DNA of 64,000 nucleotides from Escherichia coli (GTDB lineage Bacteria; Pseudomonadota; Gammaproteobacteria; Enterobacterales; Enterobacteriaceae): NCBI RefSeq assembly GCF_016903815.1, contig NZ_CP069973.1; one strand, 5' to 3'. Shown piece by piece: positions 56,496 to 64,000 of this stretch (position 1 is its first letter; each line of letters starts with the position of its first letter). The notes under the pieces were generated by a model. It saw only the letters and a program-made list of their open reading frames with translations, ran no database searches and was not told where the DNA came from. The position numbers and the translations under genes were made by a program.

Positions 56496-57923
56496 ATGTC
56501 GATCAAAACCAGTAATACAGATTTTAAGACACGCATCCGTCAGCAAATTGAAGATCCGATCATGCGCAAAGCGGTGGCAAACGCGCAGCAGCGTATCGGG
56601 GCAAATCGGCAAAAAATGGTCGATGAATTGGGGCACTGGGAGGAGTGGCGCGATCGGGCCGCCCAGATACGTGATCATGTTCTGAGTAATCTCGACGCTT
56701 ATCTGTACCAGCTCTCAGAAAAAGTGACGCAAAACGGCGGTCACGTCTATTTTGCAAAAACTAAAGAAGACGCCACTCGCTACATTTTACAGGTTGCCCA
56801 ACGCAAAAATGCCCGGAAGGTGGTGAAATCTAAATCGATGGTGACCGAAGAGATTGGTGTCAATCATGTGTTGCAGGATGCTGGCATTCAGGTGATTGAA
56901 ACCGATCTGGGTGAATACATTCTCCAGCTGGATCAAGATCCGCCCTCTCATGTTGTGGTCCCGGCAATTCATAAAGATCGCCATCAGATCCGTCGGGTGC
57001 TACACGAACGTCTGGGCTATGAGGGGTCGGAAACGCCTGAAGCAATGACCTTATTCATCCGGCAAAAAATCCGCGAAGATTTCCTCAGTGCTGAAATAGG
57101 TATTACCGGCTGTAATTTCGCGGTGGCAGAGACCGGTTCGGTATGCCTGGTGACCAATGAAGGTAATGCGCGAATGTGTACCACGCTGCCTAAAACGCAT
57201 ATTGCAGTGATGGGAATGGAGCGTATTGCCCCCACGTTTGCCGAGGTAGATGTATTGATCACCATGCTGGCGCGCAGTGCCGTTGGTGCACGTTTGACGG
57301 GATACAACACCTGGCTGACAGGACCGCGCGAAGCGGGGCACGTTGATGGTCCTGAAGAGTTTCATCTGGTTATTGTCGATAACGGGCGTTCTGAGGTGCT
57401 GGCCTCTGAATTTCGGGATGTGCTGCGCTGTATTCGCTGCGGGGCTTGTATGAATACTTGTCCGGCATATCGCCATATTGGCGGTCATGGATATGGCTCT
57501 ATTTATCCAGGGCCAATTGGTGCGGTGATTTCTCCGCTACTTGGCGGCTATAAAGATTTTAAAGATTTACCCTACGCCTGCTCTTTATGCACCGCTTGTG
57601 ACAGCGTGTGTCCGGTGCGTATTCCGCTGTCAAAACTGATTTTGCGTCATCGTCGGGTGATGGCTGAAAAAGGGATCACCGCAAAAGCAGAGCAACGGGC
57701 GATAAAAATGTTCGCTTATGCCAATAGTCATCCAGGATTGTGGAAAGTCGGGATGATGGCTGGTGCTCATGCGGCAAGCTGGTTTATCAATGGCGGCAAA
57801 ACACCACTCAAATTTGGCGCGATTAGCGACTGGATGGAAGCACGCGATCTTCCTGAAGCTGACGGAGAGAGTTTCCGTAGTTGGTTTAAGAAACATCAGG
57901 CGCAGGAGAAAAAGAATGGATAA
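56496..57923 (+). CDS. ykgF: LutB-like iron-sulfur protein (4Fe-4S ferredoxin-type)
   Basis: 475-aa ORF with CxxCxxCxxxCP motifs (CIRCGACMNTCP; CSLCTACDSVCP). Confidence 0.85.
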   Translation: MSIKTSNTDFKTRIRQQIEDPIMRKAVANAQQRIGANRQKMVDELGHWEEWRDRAAQIRDHVLSNLDAYLYQLSEKVTQNGGHVYFAKTKEDATRYILQVAQRKNARKVVKSKSMVTEEIGVNHVLQDAGIQVIETDLGEYILQLDQDPPSHVVVPAIHKDRHQIRRVLHERLGYEGSETPEAMTLFIRQKIREDFLSAEIGITGCNFAVAETGSVCLVTNEGNARMCTTLPKTHIAVMGMERIAPTFAEVDVLITMLARSAVGARLTGYNTWLTGPREAGHVDGPEEFHLVIVDNGRSEVLASEFRDVLRCIRCGACMNTCPAYRHIGGHGYGSIYPGPIGAVISPLLGGYKDFKDLPYACSLCTACDSVCPVRIPLSKLILRHRRVMAEKGITAKAEQRAIKMFAYANSHPGLWKVGMMAGAHAASWFINGGKTPLKFGAISDWMEARDLPEADGESFRSWFKKHQAQEKKNG

Positions 57924-58611
57924 TCGGAGCGAATTTTTGAATAACGTTGCTCAGGCACTGGGTCGCCCGCTGCGACTTGAACCGCAAGCAGAAGATGCGC
58001 CGCTTAACAACTATGCTAACGAGCGGCTTACCCAACTTACCCAACAGCAGCGTTGTGACGCGTTTATTCAGTTTGCCAGCGATGTTATGTTGACGCGCTG
58101 TGAACTGACCAGCGAGGCGAAGGCGGCAGAAGCTGCAATACGTCTGTGTAAAGAGCTGGGAGATCAGTCGGTCGTGATTAGCGGTGACACGAGGCTGGAG
58201 GAATTGGGGATTAGCGAACGTTTGCAGCAGGAATGCAATGTCGTTGTTTGGGATCCGGCGAAAGGTGCCGAGAATATCTCACAGGCAGAGCAGGCTAAAG
58301 TGGGTGTCGTGTATGCTGAATATGGTTTAACCGAATCGGGAGGCGTGGTTCTTTTTTCCGCCGCCGAGCGCGGGCGTTCATTGAGCCTGCTCCCGGAATC
58401 TTCTCTTTTTATCCTGCGTAAAAGCACAATCCTGCCGCGTGTAGCGCAACTCGCAGAAAAATTGCATCAGAAAGCGCAGGCCGGTGAACGAATGCCGTCC
58501 TGCATTAACATCATTAGCGGCCCTAGTTCAACGGCGGATATTGAGCTTATCAAAGTCGTCGGGGTTCATGGCCCGGTGAAAGCGGTGTATCTGATTATTG
58601 AGGATTGCTGA
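57916..58611 (+). CDS. ykgG: LutC-like protein
   Basis: Start set at MDNRSEFLNNVAQALG (231 aa); overlaps the ykgF 3' end by 8 bp. Confidence 0.8.
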   Translation: MDNRSEFLNNVAQALGRPLRLEPQAEDAPLNNYANERLTQLTQQQRCDAFIQFASDVMLTRCELTSEAKAAEAAIRLCKELGDQSVVISGDTRLEELGISERLQQECNVVVWDPAKGAENISQAEQAKVGVVYAEYGLTESGGVVLFSAAERGRSLSLLPESSLFILRKSTILPRVAQLAEKLHQKAQAGERMPSCINIISGPSSTADIELIKVVGVHGPVKAVYLIIEDC

Positions 58612-58853
58612 GAGAGATATGAAGTCTGGACATAAACCTGAAGGCAGCATACGAGGTTGTGAATAGCGTTAAGGACAACCTGACTTAACCCCGTTCCGTC
58701 ATGGTTATGCTGCTCTTCTGTAAATATCCTGGCATTAGTAATGCCAGGATATTTACAGTGAAAAAGACAGGCATCCATTCCTGAAAACGGGTTCCCTTCC
58801 CGGTCATTGTCACTTCAGCTTTATACAGGCACTCTCTATCAGAATGCTGTTTA

Positions 58854-59522
58854 TTACTGCCCAGAGTTTTGTTGGTATTCATCTACCATTTTTTTGACAA
58901 GGCAAAACATTACAGAAATCACAATGCTTAGAAAAAATCCCAGAATCAGGCAAATGGCAGCAGGATATTTACTTTTTATTTCCGGTGAGCTTATAGTTAC
59001 ACAGCCATCACCGTTCGGATACAATGACCAGTTCCTGGTCAGGTATATCATTTTTGTATAAAGCTCACTGTTAATTGCTGAAGGTGTTTGTATCTCATCG
59101 AGAACTTGCCTGCCATTATGGTATTCTGACGCATACCATTTGATAATAGACGCCTGCACGCGAGATATTTCCGCTTCAGCAGTTGGTAAATCTCTCTTAT
59201 CTCCTGACCATTCCAGCTTTATTTCTCTGTTCTTGACATCTGGGCTGGTCTGAAAAAATGTAGTAATTCGCTGAATAACATCTTCAGTCATTGTGGTCTG
59301 ACAGGCAAAGTTATTATTGCTATCACAGCTAACAAGTATGCCTGGTGTTGTCTGGTTTATTTTTAGGCTGTAACTCACTTTTATATTATCTTTATTGATA
59401 TACAGAAACAACAGCACCATTGCCATACAGATAGTTATAATAAAAAGGATAATACGAAACTTTTTCTTCAGATAAAATAAAATCTCAATCAGATCGATAT
59501 CCTGTTTGATTTGTTCACTCAT
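58854..59522 (-). CDS. ykgH: Inner-membrane protein
   Basis: 222-aa ORF with an N-terminal TM helix, in the expected position. Confidence 0.7.
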   Translation of the reverse strand: MSEQIKQDIDLIEILFYLKKKFRIILFIITICMAMVLLFLYINKDNIKVSYSLKINQTTPGILVSCDSNNNFACQTTMTEDVIQRITTFFQTSPDVKNREIKLEWSGDKRDLPTAEAEISRVQASIIKWYASEYHNGRQVLDEIQTPSAINSELYTKMIYLTRNWSLYPNGDGCVTISSPEIKSKYPAAICLILGFFLSIVISVMFCLVKKMVDEYQQNSGQ

Positions 59523-59732
59523 AATATATCCAGAAAATAAAATCTGCCGCAGATAAATGAATTAATAGTCTGTATCAGGAGTGTTCGGGTTAAATATCAG
59601 CAAAAAACCAGCATCATGAATACTGGATATGAAGCATGAGAGTTACCTCAGTGTTTTATATAAGGATTCGGTCCTCATAGTAGAACGGTAACTCTCAATC
59701 TAATCGGTTCCTGAGTCAGTTCACATAACGAC

Positions 59733-61403
59733 TCATTTTTTCACTCTCACCGGCATCCCATTTGCCACAAAATATCTTGCCGTGCTCCTCGGCAACGCTT
59801 CTTGCCCGCGAATCATATCCGCTATTTTCTCGCCAATCATAATCGTCGTGGCGTTCAAATTGCCGGTGATAATTTGCGGCATAATTGACGCATCCACCAC
59901 GCGCAGGCCTTCCAGCCCGTGTACGCGGCCTTCGCCGTCAACCACTGCCATCTCGTCATAACCCATTTTGCAGGTACCGCACGGGTGGAAGGCGGTTTCG
60001 GCGTGGTTACGCACGAACTCATCGAGCTGCTCATCCGTCTGGCATTCGACACCGGGGCTGATTTCGCGGCCACGATACTGATCCAGCGCCGGTTGATGCA
60101 TGATCTCGCGGGTGATGCGAATTGCGTCGCGGAACTCCTGCCAGTCCTGCTCGTGCGACATGTAGTTAAACAGAATCGCTGGATGCTGGTGCGGGTCGCG
60201 GGATTTAATCCGCACATGCCCACGGCTTGGCGAGCGCATCGATCCGACGTGGCACTGGAAGCCGTGCTCTTTCACTGCGTTCGAGCCGTTATAGTTAATC
60301 GCCACTGGCAGGAAATGGTACTGAATATTCGGCCACGCAAATTCCTCACGGCTGCGAATAAATCCGCCTGCTTCAAAGTGGTTGCTGGCACCAACGCCGG
60401 TGCCGCCAAACAGCCACTCCGCACCGATTTTCGGCTGATTCCACCACTGCAGGGCAGGGTAGAGGGAAACCGGTTCTTTGCACTCATATTGCAGATACAT
60501 CTCCAGGTGATCCTGAAGATTTTCGCCGACGCCGGGTAAATCATGCACCAGCGGAATATCAAACTCCGCCAGCAGTTCAGCGCTACCCACGCCGGAACGT
60601 TGCAGGATCTGCGGTGAGGCAATCGCGCCTGCACATAACAGCACCTCTTTATTCGCCGCCGCGCGGGTCGGAATGGTGCTGTCGCCTTCCAGCCACTCGA
60701 CGCCCACCGCGCGTTTGCCGTCAAAAATGATGTGATCGGTCATGGCGTGAGTACGAATGGTCAGGTTAGGGCGCGATTTGGCCTGATCGAGATAGCCACG
60801 CGCGGTGCTGGCGCGACGGCCATGCGGCGTGACGGTGCGATCCATCGGGCCAAAACCTTCCTGCTGATAGCCGTTGAGATCGTCCGTGCGCGGGTAGCCC
60901 GCCTGCACGCCCGCTTCAATCATCGCTTCAAACAGCGGATTGACGCCGGGTTTGGAGGTGGTGACGCTCACCGGGCCATCACCGCCGTGGTAGTCGTTCT
61001 CGCCCACGTCGCGAGTCTCGGCCTTGCGGTAGTAGGGCAGGCAGTCGAGATAACTCCAGTTCTCCAGGCCAGGTTCTTGCGCCCAGTTGTCGAGATCCAG
61101 CGCGTTGCCACGGATGTAGCACATGCCGTTGATCAGCGACGATCCACCCAGACCTTTACCGCGTCCGCACTCCATGCGGCGGTTATTCATAAACGGTTCA
61201 GGTTCCGTTTCATAGGCCCAGTTGTAGCGTTTACCCTGTAGCGGGAACGCCAGCGCTGCGGGCATCTGGGTGCGGAAGTCAAAGCGATAGTCCGGGCCGC
61301 CCGCTTCAAGCAGCAGCACGGAGGTATTCGGATCTTCAGTCAGACGGGTAGCGAGAACGTTGCCGGCTGAGCCGGCACCAATAATGATGTAGTCAAATTG
61401 CAA
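59733..61403 (-). CDS. betA: Choline dehydrogenase (GMC oxidoreductase)
   Basis: GMC motifs ([19 protein letters not shown]); start set at TTG 61403-61401, 7 bp after an AGGAGG RBS, giving 556 aa; the ORF-track ATG at 61448 is probably an over-extension. Confidence 0.9.
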   Translation of the reverse strand: MQFDYIIIGAGSAGNVLATRLTEDPNTSVLLLEAGGPDYRFDFRTQMPAALAFPLQGKRYNWAYETEPEPFMNNRRMECGRGKGLGGSSLINGMCYIRGNALDLDNWAQEPGLENWSYLDCLPYYRKAETRDVGENDYHGGDGPVSVTTSKPGVNPLFEAMIEAGVQAGYPRTDDLNGYQQEGFGPMDRTVTPHGRRASTARGYLDQAKSRPNLTIRTHAMTDHIIFDGKRAVGVEWLEGDSTIPTRAAANKEVLLCAGAIASPQILQRSGVGSAELLAEFDIPLVHDLPGVGENLQDHLEMYLQYECKEPVSLYPALQWWNQPKIGAEWLFGGTGVGASNHFEAGGFIRSREEFAWPNIQYHFLPVAINYNGSNAVKEHGFQCHVGSMRSPSRGHVRIKSRDPHQHPAILFNYMSHEQDWQEFRDAIRITREIMHQPALDQYRGREISPGVECQTDEQLDEFVRNHAETAFHPCGTCKMGYDEMAVVDGEGRVHGLEGLRVVDASIMPQIITGNLNATTIMIGEKIADMIRGQEALPRSTARYFVANGMPVRVKK

Positions 61404-61416
61404 ATAAACCTCCTGG

Positions 61417-62889
61417 TTAGAATATGGACTGGAATTTAGCCATCTCAACCTGGATGGACTTCACCTGGGTGTAACTCTGGAGCGTCATCACGCCGTTCTC
61501 GCGACCAATGCCGGAGTGTTTGTAGCCGCCAACGGGCATCTCTGCCGGGGATTCGCCCCAGGTGTTGATCCAGCAAATACCCGCTTCCAGCTGATGAATG
61601 ACGCGATGCGCGCGGTTCAGGTCCGCCGTCACGATGCCCGCCGCCAGGCCGTAGTCGGTATCATTGGCGCGGCGAATCACTTCGTCCTCAGATTCATAAG
61701 TGAGAAGCGACATCACCGGACCGAAGATCTCTTCGCGCACGATGGTCATTTCGTCGCGGCAATCGGTGAACACGGTCGGTGCAACCCATGCGCCGTTATC
61801 GAAGCCATCGCCTTTCAATACATCGCCGCCGCACAGTACGCGCGCGCCTTCCTCTTTGCCTTTGGCGATGTAACGCAGCACGTTATCGCGATGCGGGAAG
61901 CTGACCAGCGGGCCGAAGTTAGTTTGCGGATCGAAAACGTCGCCCGCGCGAATGCGCTCAACGCGCGCCAGAATCTTTTGTTCAAATGCGGCTTTGCATT
62001 TCGCCGGAATAAACACGCGGGTGCCGTTGGTACACACCTGACCGGAGCTGAAGAAGTTCGCCATCATGGCGATATCAGCGGCGAGATCGAGATCCGCATC
62101 GTCGAAAACGATCAGCGGTGATTTACCGCCCAGCTCCATGGTCACTTCTTTCAGGGAGGAAGCCGCCGAGTTAGCCATCACTTTTTTGCCGCTGGCGACA
62201 CCGCCGGTAAATGACACTTTGGCAATGCCCGGATGCTCGGTCAGATACTGCCCGGTTTCCGCACCTACGCCCGGCAGCACGTTAAATACGCCGTCCGGCA
62301 GGCCCGCTTCGCTGTAAATTTCGGCCAGCTTTAACGCGGTAAGCGGGGTGACTTCGCTCGGTTTGAAAATCATCGCGTTGCCTGCCGCCAGCGCCGGTGC
62401 GGATTTCCACAAGGCAATCTGGATCGGGTAGTTCCATGCGCCAATCCCTGCCACTACGCCCAGCGGTTCGCGGCGGGTATAAACAAATGACGTCTCACGC
62501 AATGGGATCTGGCTGCCTTCCAGCGACGGGATCAGCCCGGCGTAGTACTCGAGCACGTCCGCGCCGGTAACGATATCGACGGTTGAGGTTTCCGAATACG
62601 CTTTTCCGGTGTCGAGGGTTTCCAGTTTTGCGAGTTCGTCATTGCGTTCACGCAGAATATCAACGGCCCGACGCAGAATACGCGAGCGCTCCATAGCGGT
62701 CATCGCCGCCCAGATTTTTTGCCCCTGTTGGGCACTCTTCACGGCGCGATCGACATCCTCACGCCCGGCGGCCTGCACGGTCGCCAGCACGTTACCGTTG
62801 GCCGGGTTAATGGTCTCGAAGGTGCGACCGCTGGTGGCGGAGGTATAACCACCATGTATATAAAGCTGCTGTTCTGCCATTCGGGACAT
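61417..62889 (-). CDS. betB: Betaine-aldehyde dehydrogenase
   Basis: 490-aa aldehyde dehydrogenase, start set at [14 protein letters not shown]…. Confidence 0.9.
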   Translation of the reverse strand: MSRMAEQQLYIHGGYTSATSGRTFETINPANGNVLATVQAAGREDVDRAVKSAQQGQKIWAAMTAMERSRILRRAVDILRERNDELAKLETLDTGKAYSETSTVDIVTGADVLEYYAGLIPSLEGSQIPLRETSFVYTRREPLGVVAGIGAWNYPIQIALWKSAPALAAGNAMIFKPSEVTPLTALKLAEIYSEAGLPDGVFNVLPGVGAETGQYLTEHPGIAKVSFTGGVASGKKVMANSAASSLKEVTMELGGKSPLIVFDDADLDLAADIAMMANFFSSGQVCTNGTRVFIPAKCKAAFEQKILARVERIRAGDVFDPQTNFGPLVSFPHRDNVLRYIAKGKEEGARVLCGGDVLKGDGFDNGAWVAPTVFTDCRDEMTIVREEIFGPVMSLLTYESEDEVIRRANDTDYGLAAGIVTADLNRAHRVIHQLEAGICWINTWGESPAEMPVGGYKHSGIGRENGVMTLQSYTQVKSIQVEMAKFQSIF

Positions 62890-62902
62890 CACGTTTCCTC
62901 GG

Positions 62903-63490
62903 TTAATCGGTGGGTAAATGCTGAGTAATAAAGTGACGGGTCAGCGAGTGTGCGAGAGGTTTATCCAGCGGTTTGCCGCTCAGTGCCGCGCGCAGCCATA
63001 ATCCGTCAATCAGCGCGGCAAGGCCGTAGCCCGCTTCCTGTGCCTGTTGGCGCGGTAACTCGCGGTGAAATTCGCTCACCAGATTCGACAACAAGCGGCG
63101 GCTGCTCACCTGCTGCAAACGGTAAAGCATTGGCTGATGCATACTGCTGGCCCAAAACGCCAACCAGGCTTTCATCGCAGCATTACTGACCTGCGTTTCA
63201 TCGAAATTCCCGTCAACAATCGCCTGTAATCGCTGCTCTGCACTGCCCTGCGGAAGTGCATGTAATCGATTCAAAACCGCGTCACGCAGCTGACTGGTGA
63301 TATCGCGCATGGTTGCTTCCAGCAGACCATTTTTGTCCCTGAAATAGTGGCTGATGATCCCCGTAGAAACGCCTGCACGGCGGGCGATCTGCGCGATCGT
63401 TGCATCGTGCATGCCCACTTCATTTATTGCTTCCAGCGTGGCGTCGATCAGTTGTCTGCGCCGGATCGACTGCATCCCCAATTTGGGCAT
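62903..63490 (-). CDS. betI: TetR-family choline-responsive repressor BetI
   Basis: Start set at [22 protein letters not shown]… (195 aa) with TetR HTH. Confidence 0.85.
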   Translation of the reverse strand: MPKLGMQSIRRRQLIDATLEAINEVGMHDATIAQIARRAGVSTGIISHYFRDKNGLLEATMRDITSQLRDAVLNRLHALPQGSAEQRLQAIVDGNFDETQVSNAAMKAWLAFWASSMHQPMLYRLQQVSSRRLLSNLVSEFHRELPRQQAQEAGYGLAALIDGLWLRAALSGKPLDKPLAHSLTRHFITQHLPTD

Positions 63491-63522
63491 TTTCGCCACT
63501 CCATTCATCAGCGTTGTTTATC

Positions 63523-63560
63523 TATTAAAGCGGTTATTGATTGGACGTTCAATATAAAAT
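63523..63560. promoter_or_regulatory. Candidate BetI operator / divergent betI-betT promoter region
   Basis: Imperfect dyad …attgattggacgttcaat… in the 128-bp betI–betT intergenic region. Confidence 0.4.
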
Positions 63561-63618
63561 GTGTCTTAATTGTTACGAATTTGATTTTAAATGGTAACAA
63601 TAACAGTGGGGATACTGG

Positions 63619-64000
63619 ATGACAGACCTTTCACACAGCAGGGAAAAGGACAAAATCAATCCGGTGGTGTTTTACACCTCCGCCGGACTGATTTTGTTGT
63701 TTTCCCTGACAACGATCCTGTTTCGCGACTTCTCGGCCCTGTGGATTGGCCGCACGCTGGACTGGGTTTCTAAAACCTTCGGTTGGTACTATCTGCTGGC
63801 GGCAACGCTCTATATTGTCTTTGTGGTCTGTATCGCTTGTTCGCGTTTTGGTTCGGTGAAGCTCGGGCCAGAACAATCCAAACCGGAATTCAGTCTGCTG
63901 AGTTGGGCGGCGATGCTGTTTGCTGCCGGGATCGGTATCGACCTGATGTTCTTCTCCGTAGCCGAACCGGTAACGCAGTATATGCAGCCGCCGGAAGGCG
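63619..64000 (+). CDS. betT: Choline transporter (BCCT family), 5' part, runs off window end
   Basis: ATG at 63619; MTDLSHSREKDKINPVVFYTSAGLILLF… continues in frame to the window edge; hydrophobic TM pattern. Confidence 0.8.
   Translation, partial: MTDLSHSREKDKINPVVFYTSAGLILLFSLTTILFRDFSALWIGRTLDWVSKTFGWYYLLAATLYIVFVVCIACSRFGSVKLGPEQSKPEFSLLSWAAMLFAAGIGIDLMFFSVAEPVTQYMQPPEG

Noticed and set aside
59919-62317. Long antisense ORFs inside betA and betB (206 aa, 169 aa, 201 aa)
   Set aside because: High-GC genes commonly yield long antisense ORFs; the sense genes are unambiguous.

Overview
This window reads as an Escherichia coli-type chromosomal segment, identified from recognisable protein sequences and gene order rather than any search. 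The core order is lafU' – dinB-yafN-yafO-yafP – ykfJ/prfH remnants – pepD – gpt – frsA – crl – phoE – proB-proA – tRNA-Thr (thrW), and later paoDCBA – yagU – ykgJ – ecpEDCBAR – ykgL – ykgO/ykgM – fdeC/eaeH – rclCBA/rclR – ykgEFGH – betAB-betI / betT'. The most interesting part is an accessory island of about 6.8 kb directly 3' of thrW (about 11315-18142). It has a degenerate integrase C-terminal remnant, an acidic 156-aa hypothetical ORF, a GC-rich structured non-coding block, a 1069-aa reverse-transcriptase–nitrilase fusion ORF, and a divergently transcribed, overlapping AbiEi/AbiEii-like gene pair. I interpret this as a candidate anti-phage defence island; the RT-nitrilase resembles the UG/DRT class, but its exact family and any RNA partner cannot be assigned by eye. 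Other notable points are two paralogous LysR/alpha-beta-hydrolase modules each preceded by a copy of a ~110-bp dispersed repeat, an IS1 copy with a perfect 9-bp target-site duplication that truncates an aldo-keto reductase gene, and an apparent -1 frameshift in ykgE. No CRISPR array or rRNA gene was seen. All coordinates come from the supplied ORF track and manual reading; start codons are adjusted by eye where the ORF track clearly over-extends.
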